Source: Eledone cirrhosa (taxonomy: Eukaryota). From it: 64,000 nt of DNA. The stretch's first letter is position 1, and the number at the start of each line of letters is the position of its first letter. The notes under the pieces were generated by a model. That model saw only the letters and a list, made by a program, of their open reading frames with translations. It was not told where the DNA came from and did no database searches. The stretch is from the NCBI GenBank assembly GCA_964016885.1, contig OZ024761.1, positions 13,144,001 to 13,208,000 on the forward strand, given 5' to 3'. This document shows positions 28,178 through 42,849 of the stretch, in pieces. Made by a program: the position numbers and the translations under genes.

Positions 28178-28944
28178 ATATAATTTGGAATGTAGTGGCC
28201 AAACGTAAATGACTATAACACTATAATAAATGTCTCTACTTTTGGTACAAGGGAAGTAATTTTATAGGGAGTGGGGAAAGTCGAATCAATCTACCCTAGT
28301 ACATGATTGGTGCTTTATTTTATCGATTCCGAAAGGACGAAAGGCAATAACCAATCTGTGTTTATCGACGACATTATATTTGTAATGTTCTTCTGAACGA
28401 ATTGCGAGCAATTGATAATGTTATTTTTGTATATATTTAAAATATATTTGCAATGTTATTTATATTTAAAACCTATTTGCAATGTTATTTATGTATATAT
28501 TTAAAATATATTTGTAATGTTATTTATATTTAAAACCTATTTGCAATGTTATTTATGTATATATTTAAAATATATTTGTAATGTTATTTATACAACTGTG
28601 TTAAGTAACCCTGGAGACGGAAATAAGTGGATAAATTCGCGTGCAGTGAATCAAACCTCTCATCTATGATTTAAATATTCGAAATATGAAGAAAGGTTTT
28701 ACACAATTAAACACTAACTGCCATAGGAATACCAAAAATCTTTACTTTAAGGAAAGAATTCTCTGGGTTTTTTTAGTTGTTGCGGCGAAAGGCTGTTGTT
28801 ATATATATATTTATTTTCAAAAGTACATAATGGGTTTAATGAAAATTGGAAACTAAAATTATCGACTACAATAAAAATTCTAAAATTTAAAATAATGTGA
28901 AACAATTTTTAAATAGATATTTTTAGAAATAAGGGAAATTTCTT

Positions 28945-29257
28945 ACCATGACGGACAAAGCGACTTGCACGGAATACCGATAAATTCATAAGTCACCGGT
29001 GTTCATATATTGAATGTTCCTAGTTTAATTAAAGGTCACTGGCGACGGCAAATTTATTATATGAATTTCTAATTTTTGGTTAAAACATCTTGCACAAGTT
29101 AACGCAATTTATATAATGAATATGACTTATAAAAGAAACAAATCAACAGAAATTAGAGACGTGTGCACACAACTACATATCTCAACAGAGAATGTAGGTA
29201 TTAACCTCTGAAAAAAACTTTGAAAATAAAATGGATCCTTGATAGTGAACGGTAAGA
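28945..29257. promoter_or_regulatory. Candidate bidirectional promoter with non-coding first exons for DHX36 (minus) and TADA2A (plus)
   Basis: Both ATG-containing exons start with a splice acceptor (26433; 32900), so upstream exons must exist. Two strong divergent donors lie ~300 bp apart: minus ATG|GTAAGAA (exon ends 28947) and plus ACG|GTAAGAA (exon ends 29251). Confidence 0.45.
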
Positions 29258-29812
29258 AAAAGAGTTCGGAATCACTGCTAGAATTGATTAAATCGACGCC
29301 AGAAATTGACTGGGACTTTATTTTATCGGCCCTGAAGGGCGAAAGGTAAAGGTGACCTCAACGACAGAATTTAAAGCGGTGATAATGTTATTAGTTCCGA
29401 CTTCGAACTGTGAGATTTAGAGCAAGTTTGGTTTATCCCTCACTAAAAACTAATAGCATGCACAAACGGCATTTTTTCCCACTGTTCAAGGCAGTTTTAT
29501 ATTATCTTTATATATTATTCTATGTACTATACATGCACCTTTGACGAGTTGTAGTGCACAATAATTTCATTATTATTATTATATACTAGACCACCTGTGA
29601 CCTCTTGGATCACGTTCGCTTAAAAATATTTTTTTAAATTATGTTCACGGTTGGGTTGTTATTTCACTGAGGAACTGGAATCATATGATTCCAGTTCGTC
29701 TCTACCACACTAATTCGAACAGTCAATTTCCCACGTTATCCTTACTTCGTTTTAGACGGGCAACAGACGAGATGTAGCTAAGACTGGAATAAAAGACGGT
29801 ATGGTCACGACT

Positions 29813-30080
29813 AAAGCGTTCGGTGGAGTCGGGCCGCTGACAACGAAGTTCTTGTCATCGCTGGCTGAGATGTCAGGTGAAGCTTGTGAGGGTGCCTGGT
29901 TGTTTCAGAGCCATCACCCGTGGCAATGCTGCAAGCGTGTTGGCTTGTCTCAAAGCGTTTAGTTAACCCCTAAGATGTGATGTGTGGCCGATTGTCACAC
30001 TTGGTGGTGAATCGCCATCCCCCTTTTTTTCTTATTTTTAATGTTTTTTATCTCTCTTTTAGCGTTTATATTTATATATA
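29813..30080 (+). mobile_element. CRE-like (restriction-like endonuclease) non-LTR retrotransposon 3' fragment
   Basis: AFGGVGPLTTKFLSSLAEMSGE..AWLFQ / AITRGNAASVLAC (frameshifted), resembling the RGNA C-terminal motif of CRE-clade elements. T-rich 3'UTR follows. Confidence 0.55.
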
Positions 30081-31166
30081 TTATATGTATGTGTGGTTAA
30101 CTTTGCCTTTCATCCTTACGGGGTCGATAAAATAAAGTACCAGTAATGCACAGGTTAATTGCTGGTCTTGTGCCAAAAGTAGAAACAATTATATGTGTTT
30201 GTGTGTTCGTTCTGTAAGAGTTATATTATATTTTTATACAACTGCGAACAGAAGTTTCTCACTGTCTTGTAAACATAGGTCTGTTGCTCAATCAAAAATG
30301 ACCTATGGTTAAACAACGAGACGGAGAGAGTGGGAGTTTGGTTCCTCTGTGTTCGTACCTGGTGTACATGTATGTGTACTTTTACACTATCGATCCTTTC
30401 ATTTCCTCTTTCCTTGTAAAGTTATGCAGAGTCTGTCAATAAATTACTTCTAAGATAATTGTTTCTACTTTTTGACACAAGGCCAGCAAATACCCCGTGT
30501 ATTACTGGTACTTTATTTTATCGACCCCGTAAGGATGAAAGGCAAAGTTAACCTCGACGGGATTCGAACTCAGAATGGAAAGAGCCGTAACTCTATGCGT
30601 CAAAGCATAGCGTCCGACCCTCTACCGATACTGCCAATCTATGATGGATGAAACAACAACAACAACACGTGAAGATCCAGGACTTTAAACAAGGGGCGTA
30701 ACTCTAACTTACTCATGTATTAGTACTCTCTAGAACATGTGCATAGACAGGTGCCAAAAACTTGGAACGAAAACCAGCCACAGAAATTCGTGAGAAAATT
30801 TAGTCTATATTTATTTATTTATTCGATGGAAATGAATTAAATAGTGGTGAGGAAATCCAAGTGCTTGCTGTAAATAGCGTATCCAGTTTTGAAGCTTTGT
30901 TTAATTTAATTTAACTACAATTTTTCACTCCGGACTTTAAAGGTACGTAGACCTAAATGTTTGTTGATGTCAGAAAATTCTTCGGCAAGTCTTAAGTTTT
31001 AGTTGAAAAACTTTAAAACTAGAATTGAACAATAAAACATCGTTTAATAGTCTAAAACTAAATTAACAATAACTCCCCTTCCCTCTAAATAACGAGTAAT
31101 TATTAGAAATAGATTTCGAATGAACAAAAGATTTAGGGTTCCCTCGCGTGTGTGTGTGTGTATATG

Positions 31167-31215
<49 letters not shown>

Positions 31216-31592
31216 GAATAGGCTATGTAGCCGGTAAACCCTAAAGGGGCGGAACACATCGCTATAGCGTTTCATGTGTTTGTAACTAAAGCGTAACGTA
31301 CGTTACGAATGGACGACTAAATAATTTAAACTTGTTTTTTAACAATTGATGGAGGAACAGATTTCAAATTGTTTTAATTCGAGCCGCAACTCATGGTGTC
31401 TGACACTCTTACCGGTTACATAGCTTCTTCCATATATATGCTGAAGGGGTAGAATTCCGACTGCGGTCAACATTTGTCAACTTGCTTGCCTATCTATCTG
31501 TCTATTAATAACTCTTCCCTCTAATTGTGTCAATATTAATACAATTACAATTGTCATCAGCTGGAGTATGTATGTATATATGTATATGCTTG

Positions 31593-31648
<56 letters not shown>

Positions 31649-31842
31649 TGTATGCAAATATGTATTTATGTGTATATATATATAAGATATGGTGTGGTAA
31701 AAACCAGGCAGATCATAACGCACCAGAGTACTCGATACTTGGGGTAGTAGAGTGGGTAATATGAAAAAATCCAGGATCCGGACGGCTGAGCCTCGGCCAT
31801 TTTGACAGCTAGATCCAAACCAGCCGTCGGGGTCCTGGATCT

Positions 31843-31881
<39 letters not shown>

Positions 31882-32081
31882 CATATATGTATGTAACTTT
31901 TCCAACAACTGTACAGCACAACATGACAATGTTGAATTAAGGAGTTCAATTTGCAGTCAACTGGTTGTGGGTTCAATCCCAAAACATGACACTTAGTGTG
32001 AGTGTCTTCTACTATAATCTCTGGTTGAACAATGCCTTGTCAACAGAATTTATTGGACAGAAACTGCAGAAACCCAGCATA

Positions 32082-32151
<70 letters not shown>

Positions 32152-32178
32152 TATTATATATATGTAGGTATATATATG

Positions 32179-32212
<34 letters not shown>

Positions 32213-32265
32213 TGTATGTATATATATATATATATGTATGTATATATATATATATGTATGTATAT

Positions 32266-32306
<41 letters not shown>

Positions 32307-32593
32307 TGTATGTATATATATATATATATATGTATGTATATATATATGTATGTATATATATATATATGTATGTATATATATATATATATGTATGTATATA
32401 TATATATATGTATGTATATAGGAACGAGTAGGACCCCGACGGCTGAGCTCAATTTAGTCCAGAATTAGCCGTTGAAACGGCTTGAGCTCAGCCATCGGGG
32501 TTCTACTCGTTCCTATTACCCACTCTACTACCCTAAGTATTGAGTACTTTGGTGCGTTATGGTCCATCTGGTTCCTTACCACATTTCCTTTGT

Positions 32594-32625
<32 letters not shown>

Positions 32626-32912
32626 TATATTTATATTTATATATATAACATCATCATTGTTAAACGTCCATTTTCCATGCTATCATGGGTTAGACAGGTC
32701 ATCCTTTTTGGGGTAAGTTGGATCATCTGACCATGTCTTACTCTTATAGGACTGTTTCTGGCTAGGCTTTTACAACTGGATGCGCTTCCTAATGCCTTAT
32801 TTTGGTTATTTTTAACATTAAATAAAATCATGGCCATATAATGTTAATAATAACCAAAATAATTATATATTTATTAAAATTGTTCGTCTTTTCTTGCAGA
32901 GTTTTCGGCAGC

Positions 32913-35900
32913 ATGGAAGACAGCGATGACGAAACAAAACTGAAATGTCCAATATGTTCTGAGCCCTTAAAGGAACCCTATGTCCGTTGTCTTTCATGTC
33001 CCCTCCCATTGTTTTTATGTCTCAGTTGTTTCGCTCGTGGGACTGAAACAGCTGAACATCAAAACAACCATTCCTACACATTCGTGGTAAGTTCCTTGTG
33101 TGTTATTTCTTTATAATACTTTTTTTTTGTTGTGTAGCCATAGGATCAACCATGATCCAGCACTCAAGGGGCTGGTGATAGGAAGGGCATCCAGCCATAG
33201 AAGGTTTTCCAAACAAGGGGTTGGGAAGACCCTTCAATTGTGTCAAGGACATGACAGCTTCCCTAGTGTTAGTGATCTACACTATAAAGACACCCAGTAC
33301 ACTCTGTAAAGTGGTTGGTGATAGGAATAGCATCCAATCACAGAAAGTTTGCCAAACAAAGAGTTGGGAAGACCCTTCAGTTGTGTCAAGGACAGGATAA
33401 CCCTCAGTAGTTCTGGTGACCAGTACATGCTGTAAAGTGGTTGGTGTTAGGAAAGGCATACAGTCATAGAAAGGTTGCCAAACAAAGAGTTGAGGAGACC
33501 CTTCAGTTGTGTCAAGGACATGATGGCCTCTGTAGTGAAGTTGTCACGATAAAATGCACTTGATAGAGTGTGGAACCTTATGTAAGCAAAACGCAGGCTC
33601 CCCCAGCCTGTCTGTGAGGTCAGTAGACTTGCTTTAGTACCAACTTAGTCTGAGAAGACCCATGCAACCCTTGCGTGGTGCCTACATAACACTTTACAGT
33701 GAGTACTGGGTGCTTTTTGTCGTATCACATATATGACCACTTTACAATGTGGGCTGGGGGCTTCACTAGATGTATACTTCGGCCTGTCCTTGTTGGATAT
33801 GTATAGAAGGGTGAGGTGGTGCATACTGTATGGTTATTGTAAACAAAACTGTTATATCTTGTTATATCTTTGATTTAAAAGAGAGATGACATCCCACTCT
33901 TTGAACCCTCCTGGACTGCAGCAGAAGAGCTGAAACTGCTGTCACTTATATCAGAATTTGGCTTTGGAAATTGGTAAGAAATATATTTTCTGCTATTATT
34001 TATATGAACTATTGTGAGATATGTAATAAATAAGAGAATGTTTTGAAAGCTCTATCTGTCTATCTGTTGACTCCAGTACTATCTATTTACTATCTCTGTC
34101 TATCTGTTTGTTGACTCCAGTACTATCTATCTACTATCTCTGTCTATCTGTTGACTCCAGTACTATCTATTTACTATCTCTGTCTATCTGTTTGTTGACT
34201 CCAGTACTATCTATCTACTATCTCTGTCTATCTGTTGACTCCAGTACTATCTATTTACTATCTCTATCTATCTGTCTATCTATCTGTTGACTCCAGTACT
34301 ATCTATTTACTATTGTCTATCTATCTGTTGACTCCAGTACTATCTATTTACTATTCTCTGTCTATCTGTCTGTTGACTCCAGTACTATCTATTTACTATC
34401 TCTGTCTATCTGTCTGTTGACTCCAGTACTATCTATTTACTATCTCTGTCTATCTGTTTGTTGACTCCAGTACTATCTATTTACTATCTCTGTCTATCTG
34501 TTTGTTGACTCCAGTACTATCTATTTACTATCTCTGTCTATCTGTTTGTTGACTTCAGTACTATCTATTTACTATCTCTGTCTATCTATCTGTTGACTCC
34601 AGTACTATCTATTTACTATCTCTGTTTATCTGTCTGTTGACTCCAGTACTATCTACCTACTATCTCTATCTGTTGATTGTACTTGCCACTCTTTCATTCA
34701 CTCAGGCTTCACTCAATCCTCTTCATTATACCCTCACTCTACTCACATATTCACCTTTACTATGCTCTCACACTACTTCTCTGTGTCTTCACTCCATCTC
34801 TCTATCTCTACCCTCACTCCACCTCTCTCTTTCTACCCTCACTCCACCCCACTTCTCTTTCTCTACCCTCACTCTACCTCTCTCTTTCTACCCTCAATCC
34901 ACTCCACCTCTCTTTCTCTACCATCACTTCACTCCACCTCTTTCTCTAACCTCACTCCACCCCCACTTCTCTTTCTCTACCCTCACTCTACCTCTTTCTC
35001 TATCTCTACTCTCACTTCAATCAACCTCTCTCTCTGTCCTCACTCTACTCCACCTCTCTATCTCTACTCTCACCCACCTCTCTCTCTCTACCCTCACTCT
35101 ACTCCACCTCTCTCTCTCTACCCTCACTCTACTCCACCTCTCTATCCTCACTCCACTTCTCTCTCTCTCTCTACCCTCACTCTATTCCACCTCTCTATCT
35201 CTCTACCCTCGCTCTACTCCACCTCTCTATCTCTACTCTCACTCCACCTCTCTCTCTACTCTCACTCTACTCCACCTCTCTATCTCTACCCTCACTCCAC
35301 CTCTCTATCTCTACCCCCACTCCACTTCACTTCACTCCACCTCTCTACCCTCACTCCACTCCACCTCTCTATCTCTAGCGTCACTCCCCTTCACTCCACT
35401 CCACCTCTCTCTCTCTACCCTCACTCCACTCAACCTCTCTATCTCACACTCACACTCTCTCTCCAGGTCAGACATTGCCCAACAGTTAAAAACTAAAACC
35501 CGGCAACAATGTGAACGTCATTATATCAACTATTTCATTGAGAACCCTAACAACCAGCTGCCCTGTAAGTATCCACGCTTCACTTATATATAGCCCCACC
35601 CCACCTTAGTCCACTGGGACCATCTTAACCCTTTAGCATTTACTACTAGCAGTGGTACCCGGCGTTGCACGGGATAAGGTATTTTGGAATGTGGGCCGCC
35701 AACAGACCTAATCGTGGAAAAACTGCATGCCAGGACAATATGTAAAGAAAATAAACCGAATACTCTGATGGTTGGATAATCTTTAAGATTTTCCTTGATG
35801 AAGCAGGAAAAATGCAGGTTTTCACCTAATGCAGGCCCTAGGGGATCAAGAAAATGAAATTTTTATATGTGCATAATATGCCTTGAAATTTTGGGAAAAT

Positions 35901-38900
35901 CGGCTAGACGTAATGCCTCAAAAAAGCCCTAAAAAGCTGAAAAAATGAAGTTTTTCACCTAATGCCATAAAAAAGGATTTTCTTTGCTCACGGTTTGAAG
36001 GAAGAGACTGACTAATATGTAGTTACAATTTCAAGGAAATCGGTCTGACGTAACGCCTCAAAAAATTCCTAAAAAGCTGAAAAAACACAGTTTTTCACCT
36101 AATGCAGGCCCTAGGGGATCAAAAAGTTGAATTTGTTTATGTGCATAACACTCCCTGAAACAAGTAATACACTTGTAAAGTTTGAAAAATATCGGTTGGG
36201 TACTTCTGGAGTTTTAGGGATTCAAACTCACACACACAGACATCCTCAGTTTTATATATATAGATTATATTTTCACAGTAAAGGTATTACCTCACATAAT
36301 ATCGAATCTATGAGATTTGATATTTATTTTGAGAACAATACCTTAACATCAGTATGAATGGCCAGATACGGCCGGTTTGAACAGAAAGAGGTGAGAGAGT
36401 TCTGGCTGGATATGACCAGTTTAAATACTAAATGGTTAAATTAAGAGACCCCTAACAATGTCTTACTGCCTAAATTACAGTTTGAACAGAAACAGGTGAG
36501 AGAATTCTGGCTGGTTACAGCTGGTTTAAATGCTAAAGGGTTAATAACAATGAGAAAGTTAGTTATATTACTAAGTCCCTCCAAATTCTTGCTTATTTGA
36601 AAATTTTGGTTAGTGTAATGTAAGGGTTAATCTTGGGACTAAACAATAACTATATCAGTGGACAGTTTTATGAATTATATTGATGATTCTTCTTCTTCAC
36701 CCACTTATTCCTGGGGGGGCTGTGGTGGCAGAGTCCTCAAACACCCCTTCCAGTGGGTATTGTCAGAAGCAACTGTCTCCAACTGATCTGGTTGGATCCC
36801 CAAGCAAGACCAGCCAAGCTCATGGATGTTATCAAACCATCTTGCTCTGGGTCTCCTGTCAGTTGGTTTTGCCCGTAAAATCTGTCAACCAATTTTTTCC
36901 TAACATACTCTAACCACATGCCCGTAGTATCAGAGCTGTGATCTCTAGCATTCTACCTGGAGTGACTCTCTCATCTCCGAGCTACAATTCTGTCCAGCGA
37001 TTCTTTGCTGAGACATTCTAACCACATGTCTATAGTATCAGAGCTGTGATCTCTCAATTCGGAGAAGTAGCAGCTCTACCTGGAGTGACTCTCTGATCTC
37101 TGAGCTACAATTCTGTCCAGCGATTCTTTGCTGAGACATTCTAACCACATGTCTATAGTATCAGAGCTGTGATCTCTCAATTCGGAGAAGTAGCAGCTCT
37201 ACCTGGAGTGACTCTCTGATCTCTGAGCTACAATTCTGTCCAGCGATTCTTTGCTGAGACATTCTAACCACATTTCCATAGTATCAGAGCTGTGATCTCG
37301 CAATTCGGAGAAGTAGCAGTTCTACCTGGAGTGACTCTCTGATCTCTGAGCTACAATTCTGTCCAGCGATTCTTTGCTGAGACATTCTAACCACATTTCC
37401 ATAGTATCAGAGCTGTGATCTCGCAATTCGGAGAAGTAGCAGTTCTACCTGGAGTGACTCTCTGATCTCTGAGCTACAATTCTGTCCAGCGATTCTTTGC
37501 TGAGACATTCTAACCACATTTCCATAATATCAGAGCTGTGATCTCTCAATTCGGAGAAGTAGCAGCTCTACCTGGAGTGACTCTCTGATTTCTGAGCTAT
37601 GCACTCTATTGAGCAACGCTACCCAAAAGACCCATGTATTTGCGATTGTATTATGTGGTCATTACCCAAGATTGATGACTTTATTTCTAAAATATTTGTT
37701 ATATTTGTAGCTTTTCCTGAATTCAACCAAGCCCAATACCCGTCTCCTGTGACTTTCAAACGTAAGTAGAACAAAACTTATTGTTTCTAGTGGAGGGATA
37801 AAAATAACAGAGCATCGAACAAAATACTGTAACAATATAGGGGACAGAAGACTCTTTATGAGAGTCAGGCTGACTATGAAGGAGTGACGCTAGAGCTGTG
37901 AAATCTTGCTTGCATTAATTTCAGCTCTTCTTCTTATTAACTGCATTGTTTCTTTCCAGAGAGTATGTTGAAAAATAAACCTCATTTGGTCATTCCATGA
38001 GAGTATCTCGGTCAGCCTATGAACTGTTGTTCAACCAACCCTTGTTGTTTTGCTGAAGACTAGGCAACCTCTGTAGTGCTGGTGCAACACAAAATGCACC
38101 CAGTACACTCTGTCCTTCTCTTGTTTTTATTTATCATTTTCCACATTTACCCTTTCTATTTTTTTAAAATATTCTTCCAGTGTCTGATGATCCACCACGG
38201 CCCCAGGAGGGGAGCCCCCTATACTTGGAAATGGGGGGTTACATGGCAGCAGCAGGGGACTTCAATGTAGAGTACAACAACTTCATAGAACTGGAACTAA
38301 AAGACATGACCTTTGACCTTGGCAACAACAACAACAACAACAATAACAGCAATAATGAGCAGGAGGAAGAGGTAGAGCAACATGAGGGAGGAGGAGGAGA
38401 TGATGGTGGTGGTGACAGTAGCAGTGAGGATGGAGAGAAAGAGGACAACTTCTTAAGAGGTCAGTGAACAACAACAACGATGATGATGATGATGATGATG
38501 ATGATGATAGTGGTGGTGGTGATGGTAGTGGTGGTGGTGATGGTAGTGGTGGTGTTGATAGTGGTGATGGTAGTCATAATGGTGATAGTGATGGTGGTGT
38601 TGATGATGGCGGTAGTGATGGTGATGATGGTGGTGGTAGTGATGGTGGCGGTGATGAGAAGGATGGTGGTGGTGGTGGTGGTGGTGGTGGTGATGGTGTT
38701 GATAGTGGTGGTGTTGATGGTGGTGGTGGTGATGGTGATAGTGGTGGTGGTGGTGGGGATGAGAAGGATGGTGGTGGTGGTGGTGATGGTGATAGTGGTG
38801 GTGGTGGTGGGGATGAGAAGGATGGTGGTGGTGGTGGTGAGAAGGGTGGTGGTGGTGGTGATGGTGATAGTGGTGGTGATGGTGGTGGTGGTGGTGGTGG

Positions 38901-41900
38901 TGGTGGTGGTGGCGGTGATGATGATGAGGATGGTGGCGCTAGTGGTGGTGGTGATGATGGTGACAGGTATTGTAGTGACGGTGGTGATGGTGGTGATGAT
39001 GATAGTGAGATGGAGGTAATTTTGATGACAGTGATAATGGCAATGATGTAGAATGACTAAAGGTAAATTCTCACCCCCCTCTCTCAACAGACCTGAAGTT
39101 GACTGTCATCAACATTTACAGAGAATGTATAAAAGAACGATGGAGAAGGAAAAAGTAAGTTGTTGTTATTACATTAGCCATTCCATGTCTTAAATATTAT
39201 ACAGCATTAGAGTAATATAATGCACCCAGTACTCAGACTCAGACTCAGAAGCTCCCACGTCTTGCGACGCATGAGGCAATCATAGTGTTCCACCGCGTTC
39301 GGTCAGCAGCCAGTTGCACAGCGTCCCGCCATTGTCTGTTTGTCGCTCGCAGGTACACTCTGTAAAATAGTTGAGCTGGTGCCATGATAAAATGCACTCA
39401 GTACACTTGATAAAATGGTATTATTTATTTTGAGGACAATACTTTAACATAAGTATGAGCAGCTGGTTTGAACAGAAAGTGGTGAGAGAATTCTGGCCGG
39501 ATACGCCCAGTTTAAATGCTAAAGCGTTAAGCTAAGAGACCTCTAAAAACATCTTACTACCTAAATTACTATTGTATTTTCACAGAAAACACTTTATCTC
39601 ACATAAAATTGAGATGTTGATATTATTTATTTTGAGAACAATACTAACATAAGTATTAGCAGCCAGTTATGGCCAGTTTGAACAGAAAGATATGAGAGAA
39701 TTCTGGCTGGATATGGCCAGTTTAAATGCTAAAGGGTTAACATGTATGAGTAGCTGGTTACAGCTGGTTTGAACAGAAAGAGGTGAGAGAATTCTGGTTG
39801 GATATGGCCAGTTTAAATGCTAAAGGGTTAACATGTATGAGTAGCTGGTTACAACTGGTTTGAACAGAAAGAGGTGAGAGAATTCTGGTTGGATATGGCC
39901 AGTTTAAATGCTAAAGGGTTAACATGTATGAGTAGCTGGTTACAACTGGTTTGAACAGAAAGAGGTGAGAGAATTCTGGTTGGATATGGCCAGTTTAAAT
40001 GCTAAAGGGTTAACATGTATGAGTAGCTGGTTACAACTGGTTTGAACAGAAAGAGGTGAGAGAATTCTGGTCAGATATGGCCAGTTTAAATGCTAAAGGG
40101 TTAACATATGTATGAGTAGCTGGTTACAGCTGGTTTGAACAGAAAGATATGATAGAATTCTGGTCGGATATGGCCAGTTTAAATGCTAAAAGGTTAACAT
40201 GTATGAGCAGCCGGTTATGGCCAGTTTGAACTGAAAGAGGTGAGAAAATTCTGGCCGGATATGGCTGGTTTAAATGCTAAAGGGTTAAGCCAATAAAATA
40301 ACAATGTGAAATCTTTTATAAAACAGATACTGACCTAAACTATTTCGTTTCTCTCTTCCTTTATTTCTAGAATCATCCGAGATTATGGATTAATCAACAT
40401 TAGGAAAATTGCCAGTAAATATACAGTTTACTTGGTGTGGTGTGGTGGGTGATCTGTTGTGGTGGTGTAGTGTAATGTGTAGTGTGTGTGGTGTGGTGTA
40501 GTGTAATGTGTAGTATGGTGTGGTGTAGTGTAATGTAATGTTGTGTAGTATAGTGTGTGTGGTGTAGTATGGTATGGTGTAGTGTAATGTAGTGTGATAT
40601 AGTGTAGTGTGGTGTGGTAAAGTGTAGTATGATGTGTGTGATGTAGTGTGGTGTGGTGTAGTGTAGTTTGATATAGTGTGATGTGGTGTAGTGTAATGTA
40701 GTGTAGTGTGCTATAATGTGGTGTGGTGTAGTGTAATGTAATGTAGTGTAATATAGTGTGGTGTGGTGTAGTATCATATAGTGTGGTGTGGCATAGTATA
40801 GTGTAGTGAGGTGTGGTATAGTATAGTGTAATGTGATGTAATGTAGTGTAATATAGTGGTGTGGTGTAGCATAGTGTAGTGTGGTGGGGTATAATGTAGT
40901 GTGATATAGTGTGGGGTAGTGTAGTGTAATGTGGTGTGGTGTAGTATAATATAGTGTGGTGTGGTGTAGTATAATGTAATGTGGTGTAGTATAGTGTAGT
41001 GTGGTGTAGTATAGTGTAATGTGGTGTGGTGTAGTATAGTGTAATGTGGTGTGGTATAGTGTAGTGTAGTGTGGTATAGTATTATGTAATGTGGTATGGT
41101 GTAGTATAATGTAATGTGGTGTGGGGTAGTGTAGTGTAATGTGGTGTGGTGTAGTATCATATAGTGTGGTGTGGTGTAGTATAATGTAATGTGGTGTGGT
41201 GTAGTATAGTGTAATGTGGTGCGGTGTAGTATAATGCAGTGTGGCGTGGTGCGGTGTAGTGTGATGTAATGTAGTGTAGTATAATGTAGTGTGGTGTGGT
41301 GCGGTGTAGTGTGATGTAATGTAGTATAATGTAGTGTGGTGTAGTATAGTGTAATGTGGTGTGGTGTAGTATAGTGTAGTGTGGTGTGGTGTAGTATAGT
41401 GTAATGTGGTGTGGTGTAGTATAATGTAGTGTGGTGTAGTATAATGTAGTGTGGTGTAGTATAATATAGTGTTGTGTGGTGTAGTGTAGTGTGGTGTAGT
41501 ATAGTGTAATGTAGTGTAGTATAATGTAGTGTGGTGTAGTGTAATGTGATGTAATGTAGTGTAGTATAGTGTAGTGTGGTGTAGTGTAGTGTAGTATAAT
41601 ATAATGTGGTGTGGTGTAGTGTGATGTAATGTAGTGTGGTGTAGTATAGTGTAATGTAGTGTAGTATAATGTAGTGTGGTGTAGTGTAATGTGATGTAAT
41701 GTAGTGTAGTATAATATAATGTGGTGTGGTGTAGTGTGATGTAGTGTAATGTAGTGTGGTGTAGTATAGTGTAATGTAGTGTAGTATAATGTAGTGTGGT
41801 GTAGTGTAATGTGATGTAATGTAGTGTAGTATAATATAATGTGGTGTGGTGTAGTGTAATGTAGTGTGGTGTAGTGTGGTGTGGTGTAGTATAGTGTAAT

Positions 41901-42535
41901 GTAGTGTGGTGTAGTGTAGTGTGATGTAATGTAGTATAATATAATGTGGTGTGGTGTAGTGTAGTATAATATAATGTGGTGTGGTGTAGTGTAGTGTGAT
42001 GTAATGTAGTATAATATAATGTAGTGTGATGTAATGTAGTATAATATAATGTGGTGTGGTGTAGTGTAGTGTGATGTAATGTAGTATAATATAATGTGGT
42101 GTGGTGTAGTGTAGTGTGATGTAATGTAGTATAATATAATGTGGTGTGGTGTAGTGTAGTGTGATGTAATGTAGTATAATATAATGTGGTGTGGTGTAGT
42201 GTGATGTAATGTAGTGTGATGTAATGTAGTATAATATAATGTGGTGTGGTGTAGTGTAGTGTGATGTAATGTAGTATAATATAATGTGGTGTGGTGTAGT
42301 GTAGTGTGATGTAATGTAGTATAATATAATGTGGTGTGGTGTATCAAGAATAAAGACGTTTATCTCTCTATTTCCCCAGGTTTTAACAGACATTATGACA
42401 GAGTTATCACCAACACAGTCTCAGCTCTGAGTGTCTTTAACAGACTCCTACCTCCAGTTGACTTTGATATGTATATTGAATCATTACATTGTGAGTTATT
42501 ACTACTGACCTTTCTACAGCCAGGCCTTTCATCAT

Positions 42536-42634
<99 letters not shown>

Positions 42635-42767
42635 TATGTGTATATATATTATGTATATATATTATGTGTATATATATTATGTATATATATATTATGTATA
42701 TATATATATATGTATATATATTATGTATATATATATATATATATTATGTATGTATATATATATTATG

Positions 42768-42798
<31 letters not shown>

Positions 42799-42812
42799 AT
42801 ATATATATTATG

Positions 42813-42849
<37 letters not shown>

